Below the pieces are notes generated by a model. It saw only the letters and a program-made list of their open reading frames with translations, ran no database searches and had not been told where the DNA came from. Positions 49,669 through 60,684 of a DNA stretch of 64,000 bases are shown here, in pieces. Position 1 is the first letter of the stretch. Every line of letters begins with the position of its first letter. The DNA comes from a bacterium (lineage in GTDB: Bacteria > Zhuqueibacterota > Zhuqueibacteria > Residuimicrobiales > Krinioviventaceae): the NCBI GenBank assembly GCA_963675755.2, contig CAXXMD010000003.1, forward strand, positions 736,001 to 800,000, written 5' to 3'. The position numbers and the translations under genes were made by a program.

Positions 49669-52600
49669 TTTATCAATATCATCTTTTTCACATTTACAAA
49701 AGATTCGGTTTTAATTTTGTAAAAATAAACACCGGATGATACTTTAACGCCATTATCGTTCAATGCGTTCCAGACGACTTTGTATCGACCAGCCTGATGT
49801 TCGCGATCTACAAGTGTCGCAATGCGTTCACCCAGAATACTGTAAATCTCGATACTAACCTGACCTGCTTTAGGAAGTTCATAAGCAATGGTTGTTACCG
49901 GATTAAAAGGATTCGGATAGTTTTGCATTAAACTGTATTCTGTAGGAACAGATTCTTCTTGAGAATCAATAGCATTTACACCGTCGGCAAGAATATAAAT
50001 ATCATCAAGATAAACACCGTCACCAACATTATTATCACCATCCGCTACCAGATTAAAACGGATCTGAACATTTTCATTTCCTGCACCTACATAATCATTC
50101 AAAGAAACCTGTTCTTCAATCCAGGAGTAACCGGATTCACCCGTATAGGTTTTCAGAGTTTGCCAGTTGGTGCCGTCACGGGATGCTTCAAAATACAGGG
50201 CATCGCCATCACTCAGGATGTAAATCATGTAAAAAGAAACTGTAATTTCGCTTCTTGCAGAGAAATCATAACCATTAACCAGTGTCAAAACAGACTGGCT
50301 ATTGGGTTCGTAGAATCCCAATGGGCTGTCAGTTAATGAATTGTTACCCTGGTGAGAAAAGAAATTGGTTTCCCAAACTGAACCAAGATCCCATTTTGTG
50401 AGTTCTGATTCAAAATCATCAACCAGCAATGTACTGACAATAGAGAAAACAACCGGTTCACTGGTAACACTGTTTGCAGATGTAGAAAGATCTTTGGCAG
50501 TTAAAGTATAACTTACCTGATCACCACTGGTTAAATTACGACTAAAAGTCAGCTCTGCTGTATAGGTTTCATCACCATTAGCAGTCATGGTAACCTGCTG
50601 AGCTTCTTCTTCATTCAACTGGTAATCTATAACTACAGTAGCATCATCAACACCCAGATTATCTGTAATTGTCGCGGTTACAGTAAACGGACCTTCTGCG
50701 TTAAACGTATCCGGAATTTCGGTCATATCAGAAATTACAGGTGCTGTATTATCTGCACCGGCGTAAAAGCTGTATGATTGAACCGGAGCGGTATTGGGAG
50801 ACAGGCTTGAACGGCCCACTTGATCCGTAGCTTTGATATAATATTGAACCTGTTTTTCAGATTGTGCGGGAATGTTTGCAGTCCATGCATCTTCAATAGC
50901 GGCAGACATGCTAACAACGCTAAATGTCTCTTCGCCTTCAGTTTTCCAATACAAATCAGCAGATACAACCTGACCATCACTATTGGTAAGATCTGCAGTA
51001 ACAACATAGGGATTTGCAACATCTTCTGTATCTTTTAAAGGTGAGTGGTTGATAACAATTGAAGACGGTGCCAACACATTGTATTTGGTATGTGCTGCCT
51101 GAGCATTGGCCTTAATGTCTGCAAGGTCGTCACCACCCAGTACAGCAAAAGAAACAACCTGAAGTTCTCCCGGAGCCAGAGTAAAAGGACCGGCAGAGAT
51201 CAAATTTGACCAGTCATATGCATAATCACTTGCAGTAACTACCATACCTTCGGTCATAAACTGATATTTCAACGCATCTGTTAAAGCATTGTCATATAAA
51301 TACTGACTATGATCAATCGCTCTATAGCTTGCAACCTCGGGGTACAACACACTTACACCATAATAATTTGCACCAGATGATGTCATGTATCCTAAACTGG
51401 TTTCAGCATCATAACCTACTGTGTTCAAATTATCTACTGCAATATCAATATCCCAGTCCATAAACAAACCAGCATACAGATCTTCCATGGCCTCATTAGT
51501 ATTGTTCATCAGGGTGTATTCTATAATCACATAATCATCATCGCCAGAATTGTTCCATGCATAACTTTTTTGAACCACATCCAGGCCAATGGGATTTTCA
51601 GCGCGGGAATCGTTAAACATTGCCACACCATCCTGATCAGAAACATCGGCGCTGCCCATTTTCAGATTACCACCTTCACTGGTAATCCAGTCATAGTGAT
51701 CATAGGATGCGTTACCATAAGCACAGTCTGAAACCTGGTCGGGAGCAGCTGCAACACAGAATGCACCCATATATAATGCACTTTCGGTACCTTTGGGGTA
51801 CTGAAAACCGGTTCCAAATTGCTGTCCGGTTTCGGCATAATCGTTATATCCGTAAATACCAAAACTGGTTACTGTAAAATCTACATTATTTATATTATGA
51901 TTATTATACAAGGGTTGAATTATTACATTAATAAATTTTGTTTTTTTGTATGCACCGTCATTACCGGTAATATCCAGTTTTAGAGATACATATTCACCAA
52001 TGGGAGTATCAGAACTTGAAGTCATTACAAATGGACTTGTAGTATTGGTAACACTCTGATCTTTCATTATTGAACCATAAGAAATCGTTGTATTACTCAA
52101 TGTCACATATTCATTTTCAGTACTCATGCTTATACTGACATTTGAAACGTTGTCAAGATAACTTTTCAACTCTACAAAGATGTTGATAGACTCACCAATG
52201 TCAATAATACCGTCATTGTTGCCTGTGGGATCTGTAAAAGAAAAAGACTCTACCTGTACAGAAGAAGGAGATTCTGTCAATGCACGGTAAGCATTAACAC
52301 GTCCCGATCCCAACAATCCCTGATAATCAGGATTGCGATCATCAACCGGATCAGCAGTTTCAAGCAGCTGCAAAGCAACGCGATCACTGCTCCAACCGGG
52401 GTTATTTGCCCAAACCAAACCGGCAATACCTACAACAACCGGACATGCCTGAGATGTACCAGACAAGTAACCATAGCGGTTGCCCGGCAATGTACTGTAA
52501 ATAGTAGTTCCGGGAGCACAAATGTCTACCCATTCACCGTAATTTGAAAAACTGGATTTAATATCAATATCATGAATTGTAGCAGCAACATTCATTACAT

Positions 52601-53747
52601 GGTCATATCCACTGGGATAAGGCAACTGATCTGTATCATCATTTCCTGCTGAACTGATAACAAGCACATTATGCTGCCATGCGTAATCCATTACATCCTG
52701 TTCAATCTGGCTGTAACCGCCGCCACCCCAGCTCAGGTTCAAAATATTAGCGCCATTATCAACAGCATATACAATACCGTTATATCCCCAACCTATAGAT
52801 CCGGTACCACCCTGGTTCTGATACCCTGCTTTGATTGCCATAATAGAACAGCCCCAACCGGCGCCGGCAACACCAACACCATTGTTGGTAACAGCAGAAG
52901 AGATACCCGCAACATGGCTGCCGTGTCCATCAAAGTCTGTAGGATCATTATCCGGAACGGTACCATCTTCACCAACAGCAGGTTGACTGTCTTCAGCCCA
53001 ACTTGAAGGGACATCAACAAAGTCCCAACCGCGGAAATCATCAATATAACCATTATTATCATCATCAATATTGTTAATATCGGCAGCTGTGATCACACCA
53101 TCACCATTTGCATCTTCACCCATATTTTCCCAGATATGATCTGCAAGATCTTCATGGTTCCAGTCTACACCGGTATCAATTATACCAATAACAACATCAC
53201 TCGAACCTTGACCAACTTCCCAGGCTTCTTCAACATCTACAATGTCCCAATGGAACTGCTGAGAATATCTGGCATCATTGGGAACAACATGGGTATAGCG
53301 AATGATAACCGGTTCCGCATATTCAACAGCAGAATCAGATGAGAAATCCTGTGCAAGATCAACTACATTTTGATCAGCTGAAAATTGAATTTCATAGATT
53401 CGAGACAAGTCCACGAGATTTGCATCAACAGGTGCTGTTTTATTAGGGAATGCTTTGTCAATTTTTTGAACATTCCACTTGCTCATTTTGGCATCAATGG
53501 TTGGAATGCCCACAGAAGGACCGCTGGCTCCCTGACGATACAAGGCAGAACTCACATCTGACTTGAATTTAATCATCAATTTACCAGGCATATACTCAAT
53601 TTCCTGAGGTGTAGTATTAACCTGCCAGGCGGGTTGTGTGTAATTTCGATTGTTCAGTTTCATATCCTTGGCGGCTGACAGTGGCAAAACACCAACTACC
53701 AGTAACGCAAGAACAGCTACTAATAATAGTCTTGTTTTTTTCATCAT
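49665..53747 (-). CDS. Secreted S8 subtilase, multi-domain, with sorting domain
   Basis: IIDTG / HGSHVAG / SGTSQACP; DDDNNGYIDDFRGWDF insert; QNYPNPFNP...KMILIK. Confidence 0.93.
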   Translation of the reverse strand: MMKKTRLLLVAVLALLVVGVLPLSAAKDMKLNNRNYTQPAWQVNTTPQEIEYMPGKLMIKFKSDVSSALYRQGASGPSVGIPTIDAKMSKWNVQKIDKAFPNKTAPVDANLVDLSRIYEIQFSADQNVVDLAQDFSSDSAVEYAEPVIIRYTHVVPNDARYSQQFHWDIVDVEEAWEVGQGSSDVVIGIIDTGVDWNHEDLADHIWENMGEDANGDGVITAADINNIDDDNNGYIDDFRGWDFVDVPSSWAEDSQPAVGEDGTVPDNDPTDFDGHGSHVAGISSAVTNNGVGVAGAGWGCSIMAIKAGYQNQGGTGSIGWGYNGIVYAVDNGANILNLSWGGGGYSQIEQDVMDYAWQHNVLVISSAGNDDTDQLPYPSGYDHVMNVAATIHDIDIKSSFSNYGEWVDICAPGTTIYSTLPGNRYGYLSGTSQACPVVVGIAGLVWANNPGWSSDRVALQLLETADPVDDRNPDYQGLLGSGRVNAYRALTESPSSVQVESFSFTDPTGNNDGIIDIGESINIFVELKSYLDNVSNVSISMSTENEYVTLSNTTISYGSIMKDQSVTNTTSPFVMTSSSDTPIGEYVSLKLDITGNDGAYKKTKFINVIIQPLYNNHNINNVDFTVTSFGIYGYNDYAETGQQFGTGFQYPKGTESALYMGAFCVAAAPDQVSDCAYGNASYDHYDWITSEGGNLKMGSADVSDQDGVAMFNDSRAENPIGLDVVQKSYAWNNSGDDDYVIIEYTLMNNTNEAMEDLYAGLFMDWDIDIAVDNLNTVGYDAETSLGYMTSSGANYYGVSVLYPEVASYRAIDHSQYLYDNALTDALKYQFMTEGMVVTASDYAYDWSNLISAGPFTLAPGELQVVSFAVLGGDDLADIKANAQAAHTKYNVLAPSSIVINHSPLKDTEDVANPYVVTADLTNSDGQVVSADLYWKTEGEETFSVVSMSAAIEDAWTANIPAQSEKQVQYYIKATDQVGRSSLSPNTAPVQSYSFYAGADNTAPVISDMTEIPDTFNAEGPFTVTATITDNLGVDDATVVIDYQLNEEEAQQVTMTANGDETYTAELTFSRNLTSGDQVSYTLTAKDLSTSANSVTSEPVVFSIVSTLLVDDFESELTKWDLGSVWETNFFSHQGNNSLTDSPLGFYEPNSQSVLTLVNGYDFSARSEITVSFYMIYILSDGDALYFEASRDGTNWQTLKTYTGESGYSWIEEQVSLNDYVGAGNENVQIRFNLVADGDNNVGDGVYLDDIYILADGVNAIDSQEESVPTEYSLMQNYPNPFNPVTTIAYELPKAGQVSIEIYSILGERIATLVDREHQAGRYKVVWNALNDNGVKVSSGVYFYKIKTESFVNVKKMILIK

Positions 53748-53781
53748 ACAGTTCCCCTGTATTAGGTTAGAGTTTAGTTAT

Positions 53782-56700
53782 TTATCTTAATAAGATCATT
53801 TTGTTAATTTTATTGAATGTACCTGATTTTAATTGGTAAAAATACACACCTGAAGCAGCCTGATTACCATTTGCGTCTTTACCATTCCAGACAAATTGGT
53901 GCGAGCCCGCATTCATGGAGGCATTTAACAATGTTGCTACTTTATGCCCCATTACATTATATATTGTCAATTCCGTATATTCTGACTGAGGCAAATCAAA
54001 AGATATAACCGTTTCCGGATTAAAAGGATTCGGGTAGTTTTGTTCCAGGCGAAATACTGTTGGAATATGATCAGCCTCAACATCATCTATCCCGGACGTT
54101 GAATTTTCTTTAAAACCGATATAATCAATATAAATTCCATCATCCGCAACTGTATCATCATCCAGTAAAAGTCTAAACCGGAAACGAACATTATCATTTC
54201 CCGGACCGGTATATTCTGTCATAGAAAAGGACTCTTTGATCCATTCATCGCCACCCTGGCCAGTATAAGCTTTAAAGGTTTGCCAGTCTATACCGTCACG
54301 TGTAACCTGAAGCAGGCATGAATCGCCTTCTTCCAGACCATATTTAACATAATATTGCAAAGCAATATCCATATTTTGAGAAAAATCATACCCAACCGTC
54401 AAAGCAGCATCTTCAGTATAATTGGACATTAAGGCATATGCATACATGTAAGCATAGGAATAATAACCTTCATAAGCAGTATAGCTATAATCCCAAACAT
54501 AACCGTTATCATAATCCCAAATGTCTCGATCATCTTCAAAGTCATCTACCAGTAAAAAATCAACAATATCAAAAGTAATTATATCGCTCAATGCATTATT
54601 GGCAGCAGTTGATATATCAAAAGCAGAGATATAATAACTGATTCGATCTCCAGTTACTAAAGCCCTGTCAAAAGTTAATTCAGCTGAAAATATTTCATTG
54701 GCCCCTTTATTCATTTTTTTATTAAACGGACCCTCTTCATTCAGATAGTAAATCAATTGAACATTTGTAGTATCGACACCAAAATTATCAGATATGCTTG
54801 ACTCTATAATAAAAGGCCCTTTAATCAGGGTATTTTCCAACTGTGTGATATCATTAATAACTGGCCGTATAGTATCCGCTCCAGCATAAAAGTGATATGA
54901 TAGTGCCGGAGCTGTTACAGGTGAAAAAGCCGATTGATCATTATCATTTTTAATACTGAAAAAATATTCTATTTCTTTATCATTTTGAGCAGGAATTTCT
55001 GCATACCATGTTTTTCCGCTTTTCAAATCCATGGGCAGCGTTTCAAATTGTGTTTCTCCTGCAATTCTCCAATACAACTCTGCAGCAGTAATATTTTCCG
55101 TTACACTAGAGAGATCTACCTGCACCGGATAGGGATTATCAATATTCTCAGTGTCAGGCAAGGGAGAAAAATCAATCGTTATATCATTTAACCAGCCAGA
55201 GAAATGCTTTTGTCTGGCAGCGGCAACATTGGCTTTAATATCACTTAGATCATTACCTCCCAATACTGCAAAAGCCACTTTTTTTACTTTTCCCGGAGCC
55301 AATGTAAATGGCCCGGCAGAAATTACATTTGCCCAGTCATGTGCTTCATTGCTCGAAATGATACTAAACCCTTGTGACAAATATTGATATTTCTGTTCAT
55401 CCTGAATCACTGAATATTCGCCTTGACCAAGATCAATTGCTCTGAATCCTGCGGTTTCAGGATACAAAACACACGTCCCGTAATAATTTGCACCATCAGC
55501 GGTCATATACCCCAGGTCGGATTCAAAGTCGTAATTCACGGAATTTAAATTCCCGGCTTCGTTTATAATATCCCAGTCCATATAGAGCCCCGCATAAAGA
55601 TCAGACAACTCTTCATCGCTGGTATTAACAAGGGTATATTCTAAAATTATATAGTCTTCGTCAACCGGATTATTCCAGGCAAAACTTTGTTGCAATACAG
55701 TCAAGCCCATAGAGAAACCATTTTCGGAATCATCAAAGAGCGCATTCCCATCCTGATCAGAAAAGTTGGTTTCATTAAACTCTAGTTCTCCACCATCAAC
55801 CGTAATCCAGTCATAATAACTGCCTGTACTGGAACAGTCGGCAACATTTTCAGAACTCGTACCCGCCCAAAATGAACCCGCTTGCAACGCATTCATGCTT
55901 CCCTTGGGATATTGAAATCCTTCACCCTGCTGTGTTTTGGTATTGGTACGATCATAGTAACCGTAAATACCAAAACCTGAAATTGAAAAATTGATATTAT
56001 TTATATTATGCGTTTTATACAGAGGGTTAATTGTAATTTTTTGGCTCTCTGTTCTTACATATTCTCCATCATTGCCCGAAATCTGTACCTCTAACAAAAC
56101 AGGATGGTCCTCCGGAGTATCCTGTGAGGCAGTCAAAACAAATGGGGCCATCAAATTTGATACAGATGCGTTTGTGGCGAGATTCCCAAAGTTTATATCT
56201 GAAACATCAATAGAAACATAAACATCCTGTGTAGTGATACTGACCAGAACATTCTCAACATCTTTATAACTGCTTTTCAGGGTCACAAATAATTCTATTG
56301 TTTCCCCACTATCAAAAACACCGTTTGAATTGCCTTTTGAATCATCCAGTGTAAAAGATTCCACTTTAATCATAGACGGCTCTTCTGTTAAAGCACGAAA
56401 AGCGTTTATCCTTCCGGCACCCAACATACCCCGGTAATCGGGATTCACATCATCAATGGGATCAGCGGTTGCAATCAACTGATCCGTAATCTGTTCAATA
56501 CTCCAATCCGGATGTTGTGACCATAGCAAACCAGCAATCCCGGCAACAAGTGGCGCTGCCATAGAAGTGCCGGATTTGTATCCATAACGATTGCCATTCA
56601 AGGTACTGTAAATAGAGGAGCCCGGTGCACTCAGGTCAATCCAATCACCATAGTTTGTAAAAGAATAAACCTGATCATTATCATTGCCGGTTCCGGCAAT

Positions 56701-57810
56701 ACTAAATACATGGTCATAACCCGGGGGGTAAATCGGAATTTCAGAGGCATCATTTCCTGCTGACGCTATACATAAAACCCCATGTTCCCAGGCGTAATTC
56801 ACCAGATCCTGATTTAACTTGCTATATCCTTCACCGCCCCAACTCATATTAATGATATTCGCGCCATTATCTACAGCGTAATAAATAGCTTTATAACCTT
56901 CATAGATATAACCTTCCATTGTTCCCCGAGCTACCCATCCACATTTTAATGGCATAATAGAACAGCCCCAACTTGCGCCAGCTATACCTATTCCATTTCC
57001 ACTTGTCGCTCCTGCAATACCTGCAACATGAGTTCCGTGACCGCCCATTCCCCATGGATCATTATCGGGATCTTTACCATCGGAACCATCCAAAGGCTGC
57101 CAGAAATCTGACCAGTCATCAGGGATATGCATAAAATCCCATCCTATGAAATCATCTATATAGCCATTATTATCATCATCAATATTGTTAATATCTGCTT
57201 CTGTTATTTTGCCATCGCCATTAATATCTTCACCCAAATTATTCCAGATACTCTCGAACAGGTCTTCATGATACCAGTCTACACCGTCATCAATAATAGC
57301 AATCACAATATCCCTGGAGCCTTTGCCAACATCCCAGGCTTTATCAAGCATTACTGTTTGTAAATAATTTTGGTTACCAAAATTGGGATCATAGGGAATT
57401 TCAAACTTTTTGTACAAATACACAGGTTCTGCATACTCTACATTCTCACATGCTGCAATATCAGCCGCAATTGCTGTAACATCAACATCAGCAGCAAATG
57501 ACAACTCGTAAACACAGGACAAATCAGTTTTTGATGTATCAAAGGGACGTTTAGCATTCGCAAAAGTTTTATCTGCTTGCTGAACATCCCAGTTTTTTAA
57601 TTTTGCGTTTATTAAAGCAAATTCAGCATTATTCCTGACAGATTTCGCAGGATCATAATTAAACTCACTGCTCCCGCTTTTGAATTTCACTACAATTTTA
57701 CCAGGTGCATAGAGGGACTGCTCTTGTGAGCTAGCCACACCAGTACCGTTTGCAGCCCAGACCTGCAATTGTGTAACCGTCAAAAATAAAACCAGAAATA
57801 ATTTTCTCAT
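53782..57810 (-). CDS. Secreted S8 subtilase, full-length paralog of 49665-53747
   Basis: IIDDG / HGTHVAG / SGTSMAAP; colinear domains with the neighbour; QNYPNPFNP...KMILLR. Confidence 0.93.
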   Translation of the reverse strand: MRKLFLVLFLTVTQLQVWAANGTGVASSQEQSLYAPGKIVVKFKSGSSEFNYDPAKSVRNNAEFALINAKLKNWDVQQADKTFANAKRPFDTSKTDLSCVYELSFAADVDVTAIAADIAACENVEYAEPVYLYKKFEIPYDPNFGNQNYLQTVMLDKAWDVGKGSRDIVIAIIDDGVDWYHEDLFESIWNNLGEDINGDGKITEADINNIDDDNNGYIDDFIGWDFMHIPDDWSDFWQPLDGSDGKDPDNDPWGMGGHGTHVAGIAGATSGNGIGIAGASWGCSIMPLKCGWVARGTMEGYIYEGYKAIYYAVDNGANIINMSWGGEGYSKLNQDLVNYAWEHGVLCIASAGNDASEIPIYPPGYDHVFSIAGTGNDNDQVYSFTNYGDWIDLSAPGSSIYSTLNGNRYGYKSGTSMAAPLVAGIAGLLWSQHPDWSIEQITDQLIATADPIDDVNPDYRGMLGAGRINAFRALTEEPSMIKVESFTLDDSKGNSNGVFDSGETIELFVTLKSSYKDVENVLVSITTQDVYVSIDVSDINFGNLATNASVSNLMAPFVLTASQDTPEDHPVLLEVQISGNDGEYVRTESQKITINPLYKTHNINNINFSISGFGIYGYYDRTNTKTQQGEGFQYPKGSMNALQAGSFWAGTSSENVADCSSTGSYYDWITVDGGELEFNETNFSDQDGNALFDDSENGFSMGLTVLQQSFAWNNPVDEDYIILEYTLVNTSDEELSDLYAGLYMDWDIINEAGNLNSVNYDFESDLGYMTADGANYYGTCVLYPETAGFRAIDLGQGEYSVIQDEQKYQYLSQGFSIISSNEAHDWANVISAGPFTLAPGKVKKVAFAVLGGNDLSDIKANVAAARQKHFSGWLNDITIDFSPLPDTENIDNPYPVQVDLSSVTENITAAELYWRIAGETQFETLPMDLKSGKTWYAEIPAQNDKEIEYFFSIKNDNDQSAFSPVTAPALSYHFYAGADTIRPVINDITQLENTLIKGPFIIESSISDNFGVDTTNVQLIYYLNEEGPFNKKMNKGANEIFSAELTFDRALVTGDRISYYISAFDISTAANNALSDIITFDIVDFLLVDDFEDDRDIWDYDNGYVWDYSYTAYEGYYSYAYMYAYALMSNYTEDAALTVGYDFSQNMDIALQYYVKYGLEEGDSCLLQVTRDGIDWQTFKAYTGQGGDEWIKESFSMTEYTGPGNDNVRFRFRLLLDDDTVADDGIYIDYIGFKENSTSGIDDVEADHIPTVFRLEQNYPNPFNPETVISFDLPQSEYTELTIYNVMGHKVATLLNASMNAGSHQFVWNGKDANGNQAASGVYFYQLKSGTFNKINKMILLR

Positions 57811-57815
57811 AAGCC

Positions 57816-60623
57816 TTATCGAACCAGAACCATTTTTCTCAATTCATTAAATGTACCCGACTGCAACTTGTAAAAGTATACACCGGATGCTGCATTGTTG
57901 CCATATTGATCACGACCATCCCATATTGTTTGATGTTGGCCAGCCTGCAATTCAGTATCGGTTAATGTTGCAACCTCATGACCCAAAATATTATAGATCT
58001 TGATGGTTGTTTTGCCAGGTTTAGCCAATTCAAAAGCAATCGTCGTTTCCGGATTAAACGGATTGGGATAATTCTGCATCAACTGGTAAGAGGAAACAAT
58101 TTTTTCAGTTTTGTCATCTACGCTGACGGGTACATTATTTACGGCACCCTGCAGCCAGTCAATAACATTTCCCATAACTTCTTTACGGGTAATATTATCT
58201 GTACCAAACTCGTTTATTGCTTCAAAACTGAATGACAAATAAACCAGTTTGTAATCACCTTTATATTTAATACCGGCTGCCTTGCCCATCAAGCCAGTAC
58301 CAAAATATTCAAAAACATTGCTAGAGGGTTCAATGGGTTCAATGATATCAGGAGATGTATTGTTATTTGCTCCATTACCTTCCGATGCAAAAAAGTAGGG
58401 TGTAAAGTCCTGAGATATAACTTCATCACTCACACCACGCATTAATTTTTGAGGAGCATCAGTCGCTACATCCTGCACATAGTTGGCATGTAAATAGGTC
58501 TTATAAAAAGCCATAGATTCTTCAGTTCCGGTTTCAACCAGATCAAATCCGGCATTTTGACTGATCAGAAAAACATCTCCTCCAATATCCATAAAAGAGG
58601 CCAAAGCCTGTTGTTCTTCTGCATTCAACGTGTTTGCCTGACTACCGGTAAACCAGATAACCGTACCATACTCTGCCAGAACGTCTTGACCGGGTACACC
58701 TGATGTGTACACCCGCCAGGAATCATAATAGTTGATATCAAGCGCATCAAGTGCATTTTCATAGTATTCAATAATACGGACTAAATTTTCATCCATCTCA
58801 CCTCTTGAATCATCAACCAGCAATATATAGATATTCTCCATCATGATCACAATATCGAACTGATTGGTATATCCGTTATCTGCTGTCAGACTCAATCTAC
58901 ATTTCACAGGATGAACGATTGCATCTTCAGATGCAGTTATAGTCATCATATCATCCGTATTTTCAATGGTATTATCTTCCAGAATAACAGGATAGACTGC
59001 TGTGGAATCAGATATAGTAATAGAAGGATCATCTGTACTCAAAACGATGCTTACATTATTTGCAGTTTCACCATAATTTTCAAGCTTGAATGTCAAAGTG
59101 CCGGTTTCACCCGGATCAAGAAATCCATTCCCGTCACCGCTTGCATCATCCAAAGTATAGGTAATATAATCAATATCCCGGGCGTTTACTTGCAGGTCAG
59201 CATACATGGAATCACCAGGATCACTAATATTTGAAACAGCTACTTTGGTAATGGCTTCATCATAATCCAGACTGTTCGGATTGCTTGTACGGTTAAAGGT
59301 ACGATTGTTAGACGTTCCGGGATAAATATCACCGGCATCGCCCCGGTTTCTGCCATAATCCAGATCAAACAAACCATCCGCAGCTTCCAGGTCTACCAGC
59401 TTGTGAAATTCATCATCATTTTGGCCGTATACAGTATTGTCTACATGCCAAACCAGAATTCCTGAACCTTCTAATGTACCATCAAAACCTTTTTGTTGAC
59501 GATTTTCAATCAAAAAGTATTCTTTACCAATATTTCCACCGCCACCCTGGGCAGAAGAATATACATAAGGTTCAACCTCACCTTTGGTCCAGAGTTTATA
59601 TACAACGTCGGTATCTTCAACCGCAGGAATCAGTTTATTGTACTCATTTTCTTCAATCATGATGGGTTCAATCCAGCCCATTACCTCTTTACACCATGCA
59701 CTCATATGCGCGGGAGAGTAAGAAGAACTTCCGTCACCACCATATGATCCACCAGCCATCAAACACCAGTTACCTACACCTTCAGAAGTTTCCGCGGGAT
59801 CTTCATCGCGGTCATACAAATCCGGTAATCCCAGTGCGTGTCCAAACTCGTGACAAAAAACACCAATCTCTATCATATTACCGCTTGAAACTGCAGGTTG
59901 GATGATATAATCATTAATGCGGATAAAGCCGCCATTTACAGAAGCATCGTTGGTCACAAAGGGACCATTTCCATAGTATTGATAAGACCAGGAGTGAGAC
60001 CAGATTCCCGGGCCGCCGGCCTCGCCACCAGCACCGGAATGGATAATAGCAATAGTATCTACATATCCATCATCATCGCCAGAATTTGGAATGCCATCGG
60101 GACCATCATTGTCAAACTGGCCATAATCTACTGAATCATCAGAAGCCTGGAACAATTCAAGCAAAAACTCTCCGGTGTGATTATTTTCTCTTTCATAATA
60201 ATCAAAGGTGCCGCTTACCTGGTACCAGCCATAAACCTCTCCGGTCAGATCAAACTGACCATAAGAAATCTCGTTATAATAGTCACGCATTGAACCGGTA
60301 TCCCATTCACCAAACAACTGGTTTTGCATATCCTCTGCATCCCATTCGAGTGTTGCGTCAGAATATTGACCACACAAAACCGGTATACTGGCATGTAGAA
60401 AAGGAGCTGTGTAATCAGCCGTGCGTTGTGTTTTTGCCAGTTCTTTTTGTTTTTTAAATCTTTCAACTTGAGGAACAAAGCCTTTGGAAGGCATATAATA
60501 TGATGGATTGCTCTTGATATTATTCAACATATCTGCAGGAATTTGTACACCTTTTTGGGGTGGAGCAATTGCCCATGCAGCCATAGAAAATATGGCTAAT
60601 AAAAGAACAGTTAATTTTTTCAT
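57816..60623 (-). CDS. Secreted M6 (immune inhibitor A-like) metalloprotease with sorting domain
   Basis: SMRDYYNEISYG, HEFGHALGLPDLY, WCLMAGGSY, PAHMSAWCK, EYFLIENRQ, GILVWHVD; QNYPNPFNP tail. Confidence 0.93.
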   Translation of the reverse strand: MKKLTVLLLAIFSMAAWAIAPPQKGVQIPADMLNNIKSNPSYYMPSKGFVPQVERFKKQKELAKTQRTADYTAPFLHASIPVLCGQYSDATLEWDAEDMQNQLFGEWDTGSMRDYYNEISYGQFDLTGEVYGWYQVSGTFDYYERENNHTGEFLLELFQASDDSVDYGQFDNDGPDGIPNSGDDDGYVDTIAIIHSGAGGEAGGPGIWSHSWSYQYYGNGPFVTNDASVNGGFIRINDYIIQPAVSSGNMIEIGVFCHEFGHALGLPDLYDRDEDPAETSEGVGNWCLMAGGSYGGDGSSSYSPAHMSAWCKEVMGWIEPIMIEENEYNKLIPAVEDTDVVYKLWTKGEVEPYVYSSAQGGGGNIGKEYFLIENRQQKGFDGTLEGSGILVWHVDNTVYGQNDDEFHKLVDLEAADGLFDLDYGRNRGDAGDIYPGTSNNRTFNRTSNPNSLDYDEAITKVAVSNISDPGDSMYADLQVNARDIDYITYTLDDASGDGNGFLDPGETGTLTFKLENYGETANNVSIVLSTDDPSITISDSTAVYPVILEDNTIENTDDMMTITASEDAIVHPVKCRLSLTADNGYTNQFDIVIMMENIYILLVDDSRGEMDENLVRIIEYYENALDALDINYYDSWRVYTSGVPGQDVLAEYGTVIWFTGSQANTLNAEEQQALASFMDIGGDVFLISQNAGFDLVETGTEESMAFYKTYLHANYVQDVATDAPQKLMRGVSDEVISQDFTPYFFASEGNGANNNTSPDIIEPIEPSSNVFEYFGTGLMGKAAGIKYKGDYKLVYLSFSFEAINEFGTDNITRKEVMGNVIDWLQGAVNNVPVSVDDKTEKIVSSYQLMQNYPNPFNPETTIAFELAKPGKTTIKIYNILGHEVATLTDTELQAGQHQTIWDGRDQYGNNAASGVYFYKLQSGTFNELRKMVLVR

Positions 60624-60684
60624 TCGTTCGTTACCTTTATATTTACATAATCAGACAATTCTACCGAATTTATAATATAATAAT